Assembly: GCA_963759195.1 (NCBI GenBank)
Contig: CAVWXJ010000008.1
Location: 27,898-59,897 of the forward strand
Direction of reading: 5' to 3'
Length of the DNA stretch: 32,000 nt
From: an uncultured archaeon
GTDB lineage: Archaea > Thermoproteota > Nitrososphaeria > Nitrososphaerales > Gagatemarchaeaceae
A model generated the notes under the pieces. It saw only the letters and a list, made by a program, of their open reading frames with translations, was not told where the DNA came from and made no database searches. The position numbers were made by a program, and so were the translations under genes. Below, piece by piece: positions 8,034 through 17,055 of this stretch (within the stretch, counting starts at the first letter, position 1; each line of letters starts with the position of its first letter).

Positions 8034-9440
8034 CTAGGTGGTTCCAATGATTGCATCCTTTCCGAATCTGCCCCTGATGTAACGTGCAAGCAAGGGCGCT
8101 TGGATGGTTATGGAGAGGAAGGCGACTCCGAGGACCATTGTAGTTATGGTCTGGACATCGCCCTGAGAAACAACAGCCGACACACCGAGTGATGCGGCAA
8201 GAGCGATTGACAAGGCGCCGCGGAACCCGCCGAGAACGGCGACGTTGCTCCACGAAATCGGGATTTTTTCGCCCACCTGGCTGAAGATTGCCAAGATTGG
8301 GTATGCCGACGCCGTTCTTGCGACTGTCACGGCCAGATACGCTGCGAGTATCGGGACCAGGGCAACGTAGATTGCACCAAGATTCGTCTCGAATCCTATC
8401 ATTAGGAAAGCGACGGAGTTGCCGAGGAAGGCTGCTAGTTCCCAAAAGGTCGAGATTGCCTCTCTTCCGGGAGAGGCTATGGTGGAACCTCTTGTGACGT
8501 TCCCGATGTACAAGCCCACGATTGCAACTGCGATGAGGCCAGACATTCCGAGCCCTGAAGCAAACACGTACGAACCGTAAACAGCGGACACCGTCACAAT
8601 GGTCTTCGCGGTCCTGTCCTCGACCGCTGAGATAATCCGTCGCGCCCACAGCGCAACGAGGAGACCGATTACCGCCCCTCCAGCCATTGTGAAGACGAAA
8701 AGGGTGAACGATGAGAAGAGGGAAATCCCGGCCACTCCCACGGAAGACAGCAAGATGCTGAAAATCACGATTGCCGTTGCATCGTTGAAAGCTGCTTCGA
8801 CTTCCATCAAGGTCGAGAGTTTCAGGGGGACCTTGGCTCGGCGGAACACTTCAAGGACCGTTACCGTGTCCGTGGGTGAAATGATCACAGCAAAGAGCAT
8901 TGAAGCCATGAGCGAAAGGCCTGCGAGTCGCCACAGGATTGCGCCGCACACCAGTGTGGCAACCGCAACTCCGACTGTCGCAAGGACAAGGGCGGGCCTG
9001 ACGACGCTCTTCAAGTTCTCGACATCCACGTGCATCATCGCCTCGAAAATCAGCGGGGGTACCACGAGGCCGACGAACAGACCACCCTTGACGAGGGTGG
9101 AGTAGACAGACCTCATCTGTGTAACCGCTTCGACGATTCCTGTTGTGACCGCATTAGAACCCAAGGTCGGAAGAGAAGCAAAGGTTGTGACACCGATGCC
9201 GACAAAGACGAGCACCAAGGTGTAGGGAAGCTTTGACTTGACCGAAAGGAGTTCCGAAGCCACGAGCACGAGCAGAAAACCCGTGAGTACTATCTCAGTC
9301 GCCGCGACTGCCACAGAGCGCTTTCGCTCGGATAAGAGATAAGCGTTAGCTTGAGCAAGTCTTCCAGACGCGCCGAGTCTGACCAGAGCAAGGCCGTGGA
9401 GACTCGGGGCGAATGGTACCTCAATATCATGATCGGCCAC
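8034..9440 (-). CDS. Cation:proton antiporter, CPA1/NhaP-type Na+/H+ exchanger
   Basis: 468-aa polytopic membrane protein with a GTG start. IISPTDTVTVLEVF and EVEAAFNDATAIVIF resemble the NhaP TM4/TM5 signatures. Confidence 0.8.
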   Translation of the reverse strand: MADHDIEVPFAPSLHGLALVRLGASGRLAQANAYLLSERKRSVAVAATEIVLTGFLLVLVASELLSVKSKLPYTLVLVFVGIGVTTFASLPTLGSNAVTTGIVEAVTQMRSVYSTLVKGGLFVGLVVPPLIFEAMMHVDVENLKSVVRPALVLATVGVAVATLVCGAILWRLAGLSLMASMLFAVIISPTDTVTVLEVFRRAKVPLKLSTLMEVEAAFNDATAIVIFSILLSSVGVAGISLFSSFTLFVFTMAGGAVIGLLVALWARRIISAVEDRTAKTIVTVSAVYGSYVFASGLGMSGLIAVAIVGLYIGNVTRGSTIASPGREAISTFWELAAFLGNSVAFLMIGFETNLGAIYVALVPILAAYLAVTVARTASAYPILAIFSQVGEKIPISWSNVAVLGGFRGALSIALAASLGVSAVVSQGDVQTITTMVLGVAFLSITIQAPLLARYIRGRFGKDAIIGTT

Positions 9441-9492
9441 GCCCCCATTTCCATGATCAGGGAAGAAAGCAATCCGGACGAGAGCGCAATCT

Positions 9493-9499
9493 CATATAT
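9493..9499 (+). promoter_or_regulatory. TATA-like box (CATATAT) upstream of glyS
   Basis: It lies about 27 nt upstream of the GTG at 9523, consistent with a near-leaderless archaeal transcript. Confidence 0.35.
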
Positions 9500-9522
9500 C
9501 CTCGCTCCTCGCAGGTCGGGGC

Positions 9523-10986
9523 GTGTCCTTCGAAGAAGTGATGCGGCTTGCTCAGCAGAAGGGGTTCTTCTTCAAGACCGCGGATTCATACCCCAATTCG
9601 CCAGCCGGCTTCTGGGACTACGGGCCATTGGGCGTTTCGATGAAGAACAAGTTCGTCGAACTCTGGCGCCGGATGGTGGTCAGGAGGGACGAAATGATCG
9701 AGATAGATGGCGCGCAGATTCTGCCCCGGGCGGTTTTCGAGGCGTCGGGGCATCTCGCAAGCTTCACCGACCCTTTCGTTCAATGCTCGAAGTGCGGCTC
9801 CGTCTTTAGGCCCGACAAGCTGATCGAAGAGAAGACCGGGCGTCAGACGCCGGAAAAGCTGGACGATGCAGAGTACGACAAGCTGATGGCCGAATCCGGT
9901 GTGAAGTGTCTAAAGTGCGGCTCCAAGCTTGAGGGCACGAAGCGGTTCAACATGATGTTCAAGGTCGAAGTGGGCGCACAGCACGAAGAAGCCTACCTTC
10001 GGCCCGAGACCTGCCAGTCGATTTTCGTGGACTTCCCATTGCTCTTCAAGACCCAGCGAATCAAGCTTCCGGTCGGCTTCGCACAAGTGGGACGAAGCTT
10101 CAGGAACGAGATTGCCCCTCGGCAGAGCTTGATCAGGATGCGGGAGCTCAACCAAGCAGAGGTCGAGGTTTTCTTCAACCCCAAGAAGACAGACATGGCA
10201 AAGTTTGGTGCGAAGGCTGGGGAAAGGTTGACTTTTCTGAAGACTGACGGAAGCACCACAGAAATGGCAGTCGCCGATGCGGTGAACGCGGGTGTCATAC
10301 CCAACATGCTGATTGGCTATTACCTCGCAATGATACAGGACCTTTACGTAGCGGCTGGATTGGAACCAGGCAAGATCAGGTTCAGGATGCTGTCCGACAA
10401 GGACAGGGCATTCTACTCCAAGGCCGCATACGACGTCGAGGTAAGCACCTCGCTTGGCTGGGTCGAACTCGTTGCATGCAACTACAGGAGCGACTACGAC
10501 CTTGGGCGGCACTCCAAGGTCAGCGGCACGAACTTCACCGTCGACGACGAAGGAGAAAAAGTTCTGCCTCACGTTTTCGAGCTTTCACTGGGCGTGGACA
10601 GGAGTATCTACGTAATCTTGGAGGCCTCCATGAAGACGGACGGAGACCGGAAGGTCCTCAAGCTGCAACCGTACCTCGCTCCGCTAAAGCTCGGTGTGTT
10701 CCCCCTGGTCAACAAAGACGGCCTCCCGGAGATGGCGGAGAAGGTCTTCAGGGAGGTCGCGGACGTGGTGGACGCGTTCTATGACGACTCCGGCTCAATA
10801 GGCAGGAGGTACGCGCGTTCGGATGAGGTTGGCGTACCCTACTGTGCCACGGTTGACCATGAATCCCTGACCGATTCTTCGGTGACTCTCAGGAACAGGG
10901 ACACCAAGGCGCAGGAGAGGGTGAAGATTCCTGAGCTGCAATCCCGTATCGTGGAACTGACCAAGTTCCCTTCGATATTCGGTTAG
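9523..10986 (+). CDS. glyS: Glycine--tRNA ligase (archaeal/eukaryotic class II type)
   Basis: 487 aa. GFFFKTADSYPNSPAGFWDYGPLG, FEASGHLASFTDPFVQC, RPETCQSIF and FAQVGRSFRNEIAPR match GlyRS motifs 1-3. Confidence 0.9.
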   Translation: MSFEEVMRLAQQKGFFFKTADSYPNSPAGFWDYGPLGVSMKNKFVELWRRMVVRRDEMIEIDGAQILPRAVFEASGHLASFTDPFVQCSKCGSVFRPDKLIEEKTGRQTPEKLDDAEYDKLMAESGVKCLKCGSKLEGTKRFNMMFKVEVGAQHEEAYLRPETCQSIFVDFPLLFKTQRIKLPVGFAQVGRSFRNEIAPRQSLIRMRELNQAEVEVFFNPKKTDMAKFGAKAGERLTFLKTDGSTTEMAVADAVNAGVIPNMLIGYYLAMIQDLYVAAGLEPGKIRFRMLSDKDRAFYSKAAYDVEVSTSLGWVELVACNYRSDYDLGRHSKVSGTNFTVDDEGEKVLPHVFELSLGVDRSIYVILEASMKTDGDRKVLKLQPYLAPLKLGVFPLVNKDGLPEMAEKVFREVADVVDAFYDDSGSIGRRYARSDEVGVPYCATVDHESLTDSSVTLRNRDTKAQERVKIPELQSRIVELTKFPSIFG

Positions 10987-11789
10987 ACCATCGCAGCGAC
11001 TGCGAGTGCCGCCAGAGATCCGAATATCGTGGCAAGGAGGTTCACAACGTTGTTCTCGATGAACGAGACTCCACCCGTCTTCTCGGTCGGCTCGCCGCAG
11101 TGGTGGAGCGCCTCTGTGGGTTTCATGCAGACCCTGCAGTAGCCCTTCCTCTGGAACGACGCGCCAAGGAGACTGTCGAAGACGGCTCCGCCCAGCCCGC
11201 CTGCGACGCAGACGAGAATCACGAGCAATGGGCTCTTCACGATACCCAGGAGGAAACCCATCACCCCGATGACGAGGGAGGCCAGAATCGCACCTCCGAA
11301 TCCCATTGCAGAAACCCCGCCCGAGGTGCCTGGGGGGACTGACCGCCTCGGGTGGGTGATCAGTTTTGGTAGGCTCTTGCTGAGCAGCCCCAGCTCGGTC
11401 GCAACTGTGTCAGCGGCAGCCGTCGAGATGCTCCCTAGGAACATGACTGCGAAGGCTGGATTGGGAGTGAGATAACCTGCCACTGCGAAAATCGAAGCGA
11501 CCCCACCGTTTGCAAGTATGTTGGGCCAGTTTCGCGCACCTCCTTTTTCCTGGGCCCCTCCCAGCTTTTTCTTGTACTCGTACTTGTACCAAGTGAAAGA
11601 GATACCGAGTGTGAAGAAGACCGCGACGATGACGAACCATCCAATCCCGCCTCCTAGAAGGATCGAGTAGCCTACAGCCACGCTGGCTAGGAAGCCCCTA
11701 CCATCGAGAGCTTTTGTGAATATTGCAGTGAGGGCGAAGGCGACAACCACGAAGAGGTCAATGACTATGGTAACTGTGCTCGGAAACAA
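10983..11789 (-). CDS. DUF92/TMEM19-family integral membrane protein (COG1836-like)
   Basis: 268-aa polytopic protein. GGARNWPNILANGGVA, the Gly-rich TM helices and the inserted Cys loop CRVCMKPTEALHHCGE fit the family by recall. Its stop codon overlaps the glyS stop. Confidence 0.6.
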   Translation of the reverse strand: MFPSTVTIVIDLFVVVAFALTAIFTKALDGRGFLASVAVGYSILLGGGIGWFVIVAVFFTLGISFTWYKYEYKKKLGGAQEKGGARNWPNILANGGVASIFAVAGYLTPNPAFAVMFLGSISTAAADTVATELGLLSKSLPKLITHPRRSVPPGTSGGVSAMGFGGAILASLVIGVMGFLLGIVKSPLLVILVCVAGGLGGAVFDSLLGASFQRKGYCRVCMKPTEALHHCGEPTEKTGGVSFIENNVVNLLATIFGSLAALAVAAMV

Positions 11790-11839
11790 TCCTCAGTCGC
11801 CCTTAGAGTTTCAGTAAAAAACCTTCGCCGGACTTCCGC

Positions 11840-12442
11840 CTACTGCTGCCGCCGCTCCTTCACCAATTCTAGCTCGAGTATGCCCTCGGAGAGCTTTCCG
11901 GCCTTCGCCGACCACGAGTAGGAATCCAGTATGCCCCGGATGAATTGCTCGGCGCACGCAGTCGACTCGGCCGAGAGCCCTAGGCCTATCGCCCTGAGCA
12001 TGAGATTCCCCCTCGCCTCTTGGTCCTCGACAGACCTGATCTCGATGCGCTTCAGCGGGAGCAATCCCTGAAACTCTATTGCAGCTTGGCTGAGCTTGGA
12101 AATGTCAGAGTAGCCCATCTGGAGGTAGTGCCCTGTCCTGGCCCCCTCGTCGAACCACGTCTTGAGCAGCCACGCCTTGTCTGCGGCGTACAGCTTCTTG
12201 ATGAGCTTCTCCACCAGGTCTCCTGGAAGGGGAACGGCGTCGATGTCCTTCAGCATCCTCCCCATCTTCCATGACGGAACAACTTCGCCCGGCTCTCCGG
12301 AGAGCTTGCAAATCGAAATGACCGCTTCGAGCGATTCGTTCGCGAATGCGTACAAAGTTTTGTTCTTTTTCATTGCCTGAACTGAAAGATCGTCAGCAAT
12401 GTTGTCTGCTATCGAGATGTTTGTTCTAGGCAACCGATTCAA
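11840..12442 (-). CDS. Hypothetical protein, possible N-terminal ribbon-helix-helix
   Basis: 200-aa ORF with a TTG start. The N-terminus RTNISIADNIADDLSVQAMKKNKTLYAFANESLEAVI looks CopG/RHH-like. I recognise nothing in the remainder. Confidence 0.55.
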   Translation of the reverse strand: MNRLPRTNISIADNIADDLSVQAMKKNKTLYAFANESLEAVISICKLSGEPGEVVPSWKMGRMLKDIDAVPLPGDLVEKLIKKLYAADKAWLLKTWFDEGARTGHYLQMGYSDISKLSQAAIEFQGLLPLKRIEIRSVEDQEARGNLMLRAIGLGLSAESTACAEQFIRGILDSYSWSAKAGKLSEGILELELVKERRQQ

Positions 12443-12518
12443 TATGTACGAGTGCAGTTAAAAGTGTTCAAACGTACGCGCGGGTTGATAGACTTCCCTC
12501 CAGCCTTACCAAACCACA

Positions 12519-13853
12519 TTGAGGTTCGAGCGAAGGCGCGGAATGACCACGACAGACGGCGCTCTCGCGATACTCACGGTATTTGTCGCAGGCACCCTTC
12601 TGCTCGCCGTGTACGAGTCGGAGAGCCTGCAAGGCCAGATCACCAGAATGGACCAGCTGGCGGGAAAGCAGGCCCAAGCGTCAACCACGGCTGGAGGTGG
12701 ATCCGGCACGTCCGGAACGCCAACCCAACCCGTCACTAGGGACATCAGGCTCTACAGCTACTCAAAAGTGGTGCCGATAGCGAATGGCGTGAACTACCTT
12801 GCATTCACATTCAACGGCACGGTCCCAGGGCCGACCATATTCATCAATCAGGGCGATACGGTGCACTTCACCCTCATCAACAACGACACCATGGCGCATT
12901 CCATCGACTTCCATGCGGCTGAGATCGATTGGTCCACGGCCTACGCTTCAATCCTGCCTGGTCAGAACAAGTCGTTCAGCTTCATTGCCAACTACCCGGG
13001 CGTATTCATGTATCACTGCGGGACGCCGCCCGTGCTTGAACACATAGCGAACGGGATGTACGGTGCAATCATAGTCCGGCCGTCTAATCCCCTGCCCGCA
13101 GCCCCCGGCGGCTCCTACGTCTTGGTGGAGAGTGAATTCTACACCTCAATGGGTCCGGGTGGAACCTACTTGGGCAACTACTCGAAGATGCTGAGCGCTA
13201 CGCCCGACTACGTGGTGTTCAACGGAGTGGCCAATCAGTACGCCAACAGCCCACTGGTGGTCCAGCCCAATCAGCTTGTCAGGCTCTACCTGTTGAACGC
13301 AGGCCCGTCCCTCTGGGAGGCGTTTCACGTGATCGGTGCCTTGATGGACACTGTCTATCAGGATGGGAACCCCGCGAACGTTCTCCACGGGATGCAGACT
13401 GTCAGCCTTGCGCCTTCTTCGGGCGCCATAGTTGACATGTACTTCACGGACCCAGGAGGAAAGAATCCCTTCGTTAACCATGCCTTTGCCTACGCATCGA
13501 TCGGGGCAACGGGAATCTTCCAGGTCGCGAACGGCAGCCAGAGCTCAACCACGTCAACAGCAGCCTCGGTGGCTGGCCCGGTCGTCACCATCAAGGCGGG
13601 GTCGGGGCTCAATCAGTCCTCGCCAGGTTACTCTCCCGCGACCATGACCGTGGTGGTTGGGGTGAACAACACTGTGACTTGGGTGAACAAGGACAGCATA
13701 ATCCACACGGTGACTGCGAGCGACAAGAGCTTCAACTCCGGTGACTTGTACCAGGGCGATAGCTTCACCTGGACATTCAAGACTCCTGGCACATACACGT
13801 ACTACTGCCTCTACCACCCGTGGATGAAGGGCACGATTATCGTGAAGGGGTAG
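12519..13853 (+). CDS. nirK: Copper-containing nitrite reductase (NirK-type two-domain multicopper oxidase) fused to a C-terminal plastocyanin-like cupredoxin
   Basis: HSIDFHAAE supplies T1/T2 His, and MYHCGTPPVLEHIANGMYG gives H-C-x8-H-x4-M. WEAFHVIGALMD and NHAFAYASIGATG also fit. The C-terminal domain IHTV...YYCLYHPWM carries the H/C/H/M type-1 Cu ligands. An N-terminal TM anchor and S/T/G-rich linkers are present. The true start may be the ATG at 12543. Confidence 0.8.
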   Translation: MRFERRRGMTTTDGALAILTVFVAGTLLLAVYESESLQGQITRMDQLAGKQAQASTTAGGGSGTSGTPTQPVTRDIRLYSYSKVVPIANGVNYLAFTFNGTVPGPTIFINQGDTVHFTLINNDTMAHSIDFHAAEIDWSTAYASILPGQNKSFSFIANYPGVFMYHCGTPPVLEHIANGMYGAIIVRPSNPLPAAPGGSYVLVESEFYTSMGPGGTYLGNYSKMLSATPDYVVFNGVANQYANSPLVVQPNQLVRLYLLNAGPSLWEAFHVIGALMDTVYQDGNPANVLHGMQTVSLAPSSGAIVDMYFTDPGGKNPFVNHAFAYASIGATGIFQVANGSQSSTTSTAASVAGPVVTIKAGSGLNQSSPGYSPATMTVVVGVNNTVTWVNKDSIIHTVTASDKSFNSGDLYQGDSFTWTFKTPGTYTYYCLYHPWMKGTIIVKG

Positions 13854-14324
13854 ATGATCCGAATGTCTTCGAATCCGGATTCTGGTGAGCCCGGTCTTAT
13901 TGATGAGAACGGGCTCGTTTCAAGGCGGAAGCTCGTCGTCCTTGGAGCCACAGCCTTGCTCGGGGGCATGATTGCCCTCGCTTTCAGCATCCCAAAGCTG
14001 TCCGAGTCGCGTGACAGTAAAGGGACCGAGGGGCAATCAGCTGGCCAAGCTAAGGTCCAGTCGACCAGCGATTTCGGGACCGTTCGTGTGAAGGCAGTCT
14101 ACTTCCAGATGGCTCAGACGGTTCCGGTGGACCATGAATACTACGACATCGCATCTCCAGCTACGGTAGCTGCACTCACGAAAATCGTCCAGTCGGAGTA
14201 CCCACAGCTCGCGAACATGATGCTGTCGATGTCGATACTCGTCGACGGGCAGGTAGCGACTGGCTCCACTCTCTTGCATCCAAGTGACGAGGTGGACTTC
14301 GTACCGATGTTGCAAGGGGGATAG
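13854..14324 (+). CDS. Twin-arginine/TM-anchored protein with C-terminal MoaD/ThiS-like beta-grasp domain ending in Gly-Gly
   Basis: The ATG directly abuts the nirK stop (TAGATG). The N-terminus SRRKLVVLGATALLGGMIALAF is Tat-like. The C-terminal 80 aa VRVKAVYF...TVAALTKIVQSEYPQL...ILVDGQVA...DEVDFVPMLQGG follow the MoaD/ThiS pattern. Confidence 0.6.
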   Translation: MIRMSSNPDSGEPGLIDENGLVSRRKLVVLGATALLGGMIALAFSIPKLSESRDSKGTEGQSAGQAKVQSTSDFGTVRVKAVYFQMAQTVPVDHEYYDIASPATVAALTKIVQSEYPQLANMMLSMSILVDGQVATGSTLLHPSDEVDFVPMLQGG

Positions 14325-14448
14325 AGATATGACCAAGCGAAGCGGGGCTCGGGTGGAATTGGAAACTCTGCTCTCGGTGCAGTCCAGCCCTTACCTGGGG
14401 GCGATCTAATTGAGGCCGAGTCAATCGCAGCAAAGATTGCTGAGGGGA

Positions 14449-14667
14449 ATGAAGAAGCTGTTCCCTTCGAGATGGGAGGTTTCCAACATGCAGGCGAAGT
14501 TCGCAGGCGCCGAAGCGAGGGGAACGATCCGAATCCATTGTACGGCCGACGATAAGAACTTCCTGAGCGACTTCGACGCCAGACTGGATGCTAAGGGGAA
14601 CATCAAGGAATTCTTCATCGACGGCCTTTCGCTCAAGGACAAGATCGAGCGCCTTGATGCCGAGTAG
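14449..14667 (+). CDS. Hypothetical small protein (72 aa from ATG; ORF extends to TTG 14410)
   Basis: Protein-like composition (GTIRIHCTADDKNFLSDFDARLDAKGNIKEFFIDGLSLKDKIERLDAE). The overlapping antisense 171-aa ORF is R/L/S-rich and looks spurious. Confidence 0.4.
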   Translation: MKKLFPSRWEVSNMQAKFAGAEARGTIRIHCTADDKNFLSDFDARLDAKGNIKEFFIDGLSLKDKIERLDAE

Positions 14668-14687
14668 AGACCCCTTTGTTTCACGAT

Positions 14688-14963
14688 TCAAGCATCAGGC
14701 ATTAGCGCCAGGGCGCTCTTCCTAACCCCGGCCATCGTCGTTGCCAGCCTTTCCCTGTCGAGCATCTTGGCTGCAACGGTCACATCGTTGACGCTCAGCT
14801 GCAAGTGTCTTAACGCCGGGTCGCCTGATGACCTCAATCTGTTTCCAATTTCATTGTTCAGCTTGAAGATTGCCGAAAGCACTGCAGCATTGTCATCGTT
14901 CCCCCTCACCAGGAAATCTGCCACCGCTCTCTCAAGGTCCGTGATCAAGTCTGGTAGTTCCAT
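14688..14963 (-). CDS. Hypothetical small helical protein (91 aa)
   Basis: ATG-started ORF of plausible composition, divergent from the glycosyltransferase gene. I recognise no family. Confidence 0.4.
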   Translation of the reverse strand: MELPDLITDLERAVADFLVRGNDDNAAVLSAIFKLNNEIGNRLRSSGDPALRHLQLSVNDVTVAAKMLDRERLATTMAGVRKSALALMPDA

Positions 14964-15016
14964 GAGCCGATGAAGAACCTGCCCTGATTAAATACGCGCC
15001 TGGCTTCGCCCTTTCG

Positions 15017-16048
15017 TTGCCTCGCATACTCTACGGCGTTAGCCCCATTGGCTTGGGGCATGCAACGCGCGCTGTGCCAGTGGGCGGGCTGCTAATGGAA
15101 TCTGGGGCAGATGTTGTTTTCGTGAGCGGCGGTGCCGCGGTCGAATGCCTACGGAGCTATGGATTCCAAGTCGAAGATGCGGTGTCGGAACCAATGCTGA
15201 GGGTGGCCAAAGGAGAAATGAAGAACGTTGTCTCGTGGTACTTCAGATACTGGATAGGATACCGGCGTACCAAAGGACAGGTGGGAAGAATCATGGACAG
15301 ATTGAAGCCGGATGCCGTTGTAGGAGACGAAGAATTCTCTTCAATCACTCTCGCTCTGGAGAGAGGGATTCCCCAAGCGCTGATTGCTGACGAGTTGGAG
15401 TTGGGGTTCGCGAGAACATGGCTGGCAAGAAGAGTGGAAAGGAGGGTTTCCGAGTGGTACTCTGACCTTCAGCACCGGGTTTCGATGTCGATCATCCCTG
15501 AAGAAGGCAACAACAGTGCGAACAGGCACTACGTAGGACCCATAGTGAGACAAGCAACCAAGACGAGGTCACAGATTATCGAAGGTCTAGGGGTTCCTCA
15601 GGATAGCCGACTCATTGTCGTTTCTCTCAGTGGCACAGGAATCGGCTCCCATCTCATCAAGGGGGCGATCAACGCTCTTGCTTCAGTTCCCGACTCCGTT
15701 CTCCTGCTCATCGGCAACAGGGGCAGGAAGGTCTCGGGTGACCGAGTCTTCGACCTCGGAGTGGTGCAGGACGGTCAGAACTTTGTGGCTGCTGCGGATG
15801 TGGTAGTTTCGACAGCCGGCAAGAGCACCATTGACGAGGCGGCAGCGTTTGGGACCCCAATCGTTGCCATACCAATCAGAAACCACAGTGAGCAGCTGAG
15901 GAACGCGTCAGCGCTTGGGTACTCGGCAGACGACCTCTCTAAGATACCAGAACTCATCGCATCTAAGATAGGAAGGCGTCAGAAACCTGTCGCCATGATC
16001 GGCGCGCGGAACGCTGCTGGACTCATTGGCTCTCTTGTTACTCCGTGA
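15017..16048 (+). CDS. GT-B glycosyltransferase, MJ1255 / GT28 C-terminal-domain-like
   Basis: 343 aa with a TTG start. The N-terminal ILYGVSPIGLGHATRA (G.G.GH..R) and the C-terminal VVSTAGKSTIDEAAAFGTPIVAIPIRNHSEQ..NA are typical of the MurG/MGT-like GT-B fold. Confidence 0.7.
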   Translation: MPRILYGVSPIGLGHATRAVPVGGLLMESGADVVFVSGGAAVECLRSYGFQVEDAVSEPMLRVAKGEMKNVVSWYFRYWIGYRRTKGQVGRIMDRLKPDAVVGDEEFSSITLALERGIPQALIADELELGFARTWLARRVERRVSEWYSDLQHRVSMSIIPEEGNNSANRHYVGPIVRQATKTRSQIIEGLGVPQDSRLIVVSLSGTGIGSHLIKGAINALASVPDSVLLLIGNRGRKVSGDRVFDLGVVQDGQNFVAAADVVVSTAGKSTIDEAAAFGTPIVAIPIRNHSEQLRNASALGYSADDLSKIPELIASKIGRRQKPVAMIGARNAAGLIGSLVTP

Positions 16049-16056
16049 CTGAGAGC

Positions 16057-16746
16057 CTACTGAATCGATTTGAGGGCAGCGATGAGCGACGCCTCGTCTC
16101 CCGTTCCCGACAACTCCAGTACGATGCCTTCACGCCTCGCAAGCTCCACTGCGAGGGGGTCCAGTTCCTTGGGGCCGTGTATCACGACCATCCTAGGTTT
16201 CAACTGGGACACTCTGATCGCGACCAGGGGACTCCTGCCCATTCCAACCTTTGTGAATACCAAGGCCCTCTCGGTCGTTGCTCCGAAGATTCTGTAGAAG
16301 TCGTAGCCCGAAAGCGCGTAGATCGTCTTTATGCTGTCGACCACTGTATACCCGTAGAGTCTGACGCCCCTGTCATCTCCCGTGAGGACGCTGCCCTTCA
16401 CGGCCTTTGTTACTTCGGAACCATCCACCGGGGACTGGAACTCCCCGATGGCGAGAATGGCCGCGTCTTTTTCGGTCGACACGAGCTTGGACACAACCCT
16501 TTCCTTTGACTCGTCCAGGGTGACCAGAGCCTCGACGTACTTTCTTACGAATTGGACGCCTGGGGAGGGTCGCCTCCCGCTTTCGTAGTCGCTCAGCACA
16601 GAAGGAGAGATTCGAAGGGCGCGCGCAAGGACGACCTGCTTTATCCCAAGCTTCTCTCGCCATGCCTTCATCGCCCTTCCGGGATCAGGATTTGCGACGA
16701 CGCTGCCGGCTATCTTTGCTACGGCGTCGCTGCTAGGTGCTTCCAA
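16057..16746 (-). CDS. XRE-family HTH transcriptional regulator with archaeal C-terminal domain (COG1395-like)
   Basis: 229 aa. MKAWREKLGIKQVVLARALRISPSVLSDYESGRR is a canonical Cro/C1 HTH. Confidence 0.75.
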   Translation of the reverse strand: MEAPSSDAVAKIAGSVVANPDPGRAMKAWREKLGIKQVVLARALRISPSVLSDYESGRRPSPGVQFVRKYVEALVTLDESKERVVSKLVSTEKDAAILAIGEFQSPVDGSEVTKAVKGSVLTGDDRGVRLYGYTVVDSIKTIYALSGYDFYRIFGATTERALVFTKVGMGRSPLVAIRVSQLKPRMVVIHGPKELDPLAVELARREGIVLELSGTGDEASLIAALKSIQ

Positions 16747-16774
16747 GGTTGATAGACGTTTAGCGAAGGGGGTA

Positions 16775-17041
16775 TTAACCTCTGTCGATGTTCTGTTCTG
16801 AGCCAGAGCGAGACTTGAGACCGTACCTCATGCCGGGTGTACGCGCAAGGTCTTTGAAGAAGATCTCGGCCAACTCGAACGGGACTTCTGAACCATTCTC
16901 CACAACGCTCGCTGCTTCTTTGTCGTAGTCTTTCCCCTCAACTGGCCCGACGGGTACCGGTGCAAAATCGCAGCTGGAATTGGTATCAAAATGAACGGGT
17001 TCATGCCGCGAAGGGACCGGACCCGCTGCCCTGAGCTGCAT
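16775..17041 (-). CDS. Hypothetical 88-aa protein upstream of the XRE regulator (same strand, 28-nt gap)
   Basis: ORF from the ATG at 17041 with acceptable codon usage. I recognise no family. Confidence 0.35.
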   Translation of the reverse strand: MQLRAAGPVPSRHEPVHFDTNSSCDFAPVPVGPVEGKDYDKEAASVVENGSEVPFELAEIFFKDLARTPGMRYGLKSRSGSEQNIDRG

Positions 17042-17055
17042 CCTAGTCTGGCACA

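Noticed and set aside
7972-9105. ORFs 7972-8649 (-) and 8599-9105 (+) overlapping the antiporter gene
   Set aside because: These are off-frame or antisense readings of a well-supported membrane-protein gene, with R/S-rich junk composition.
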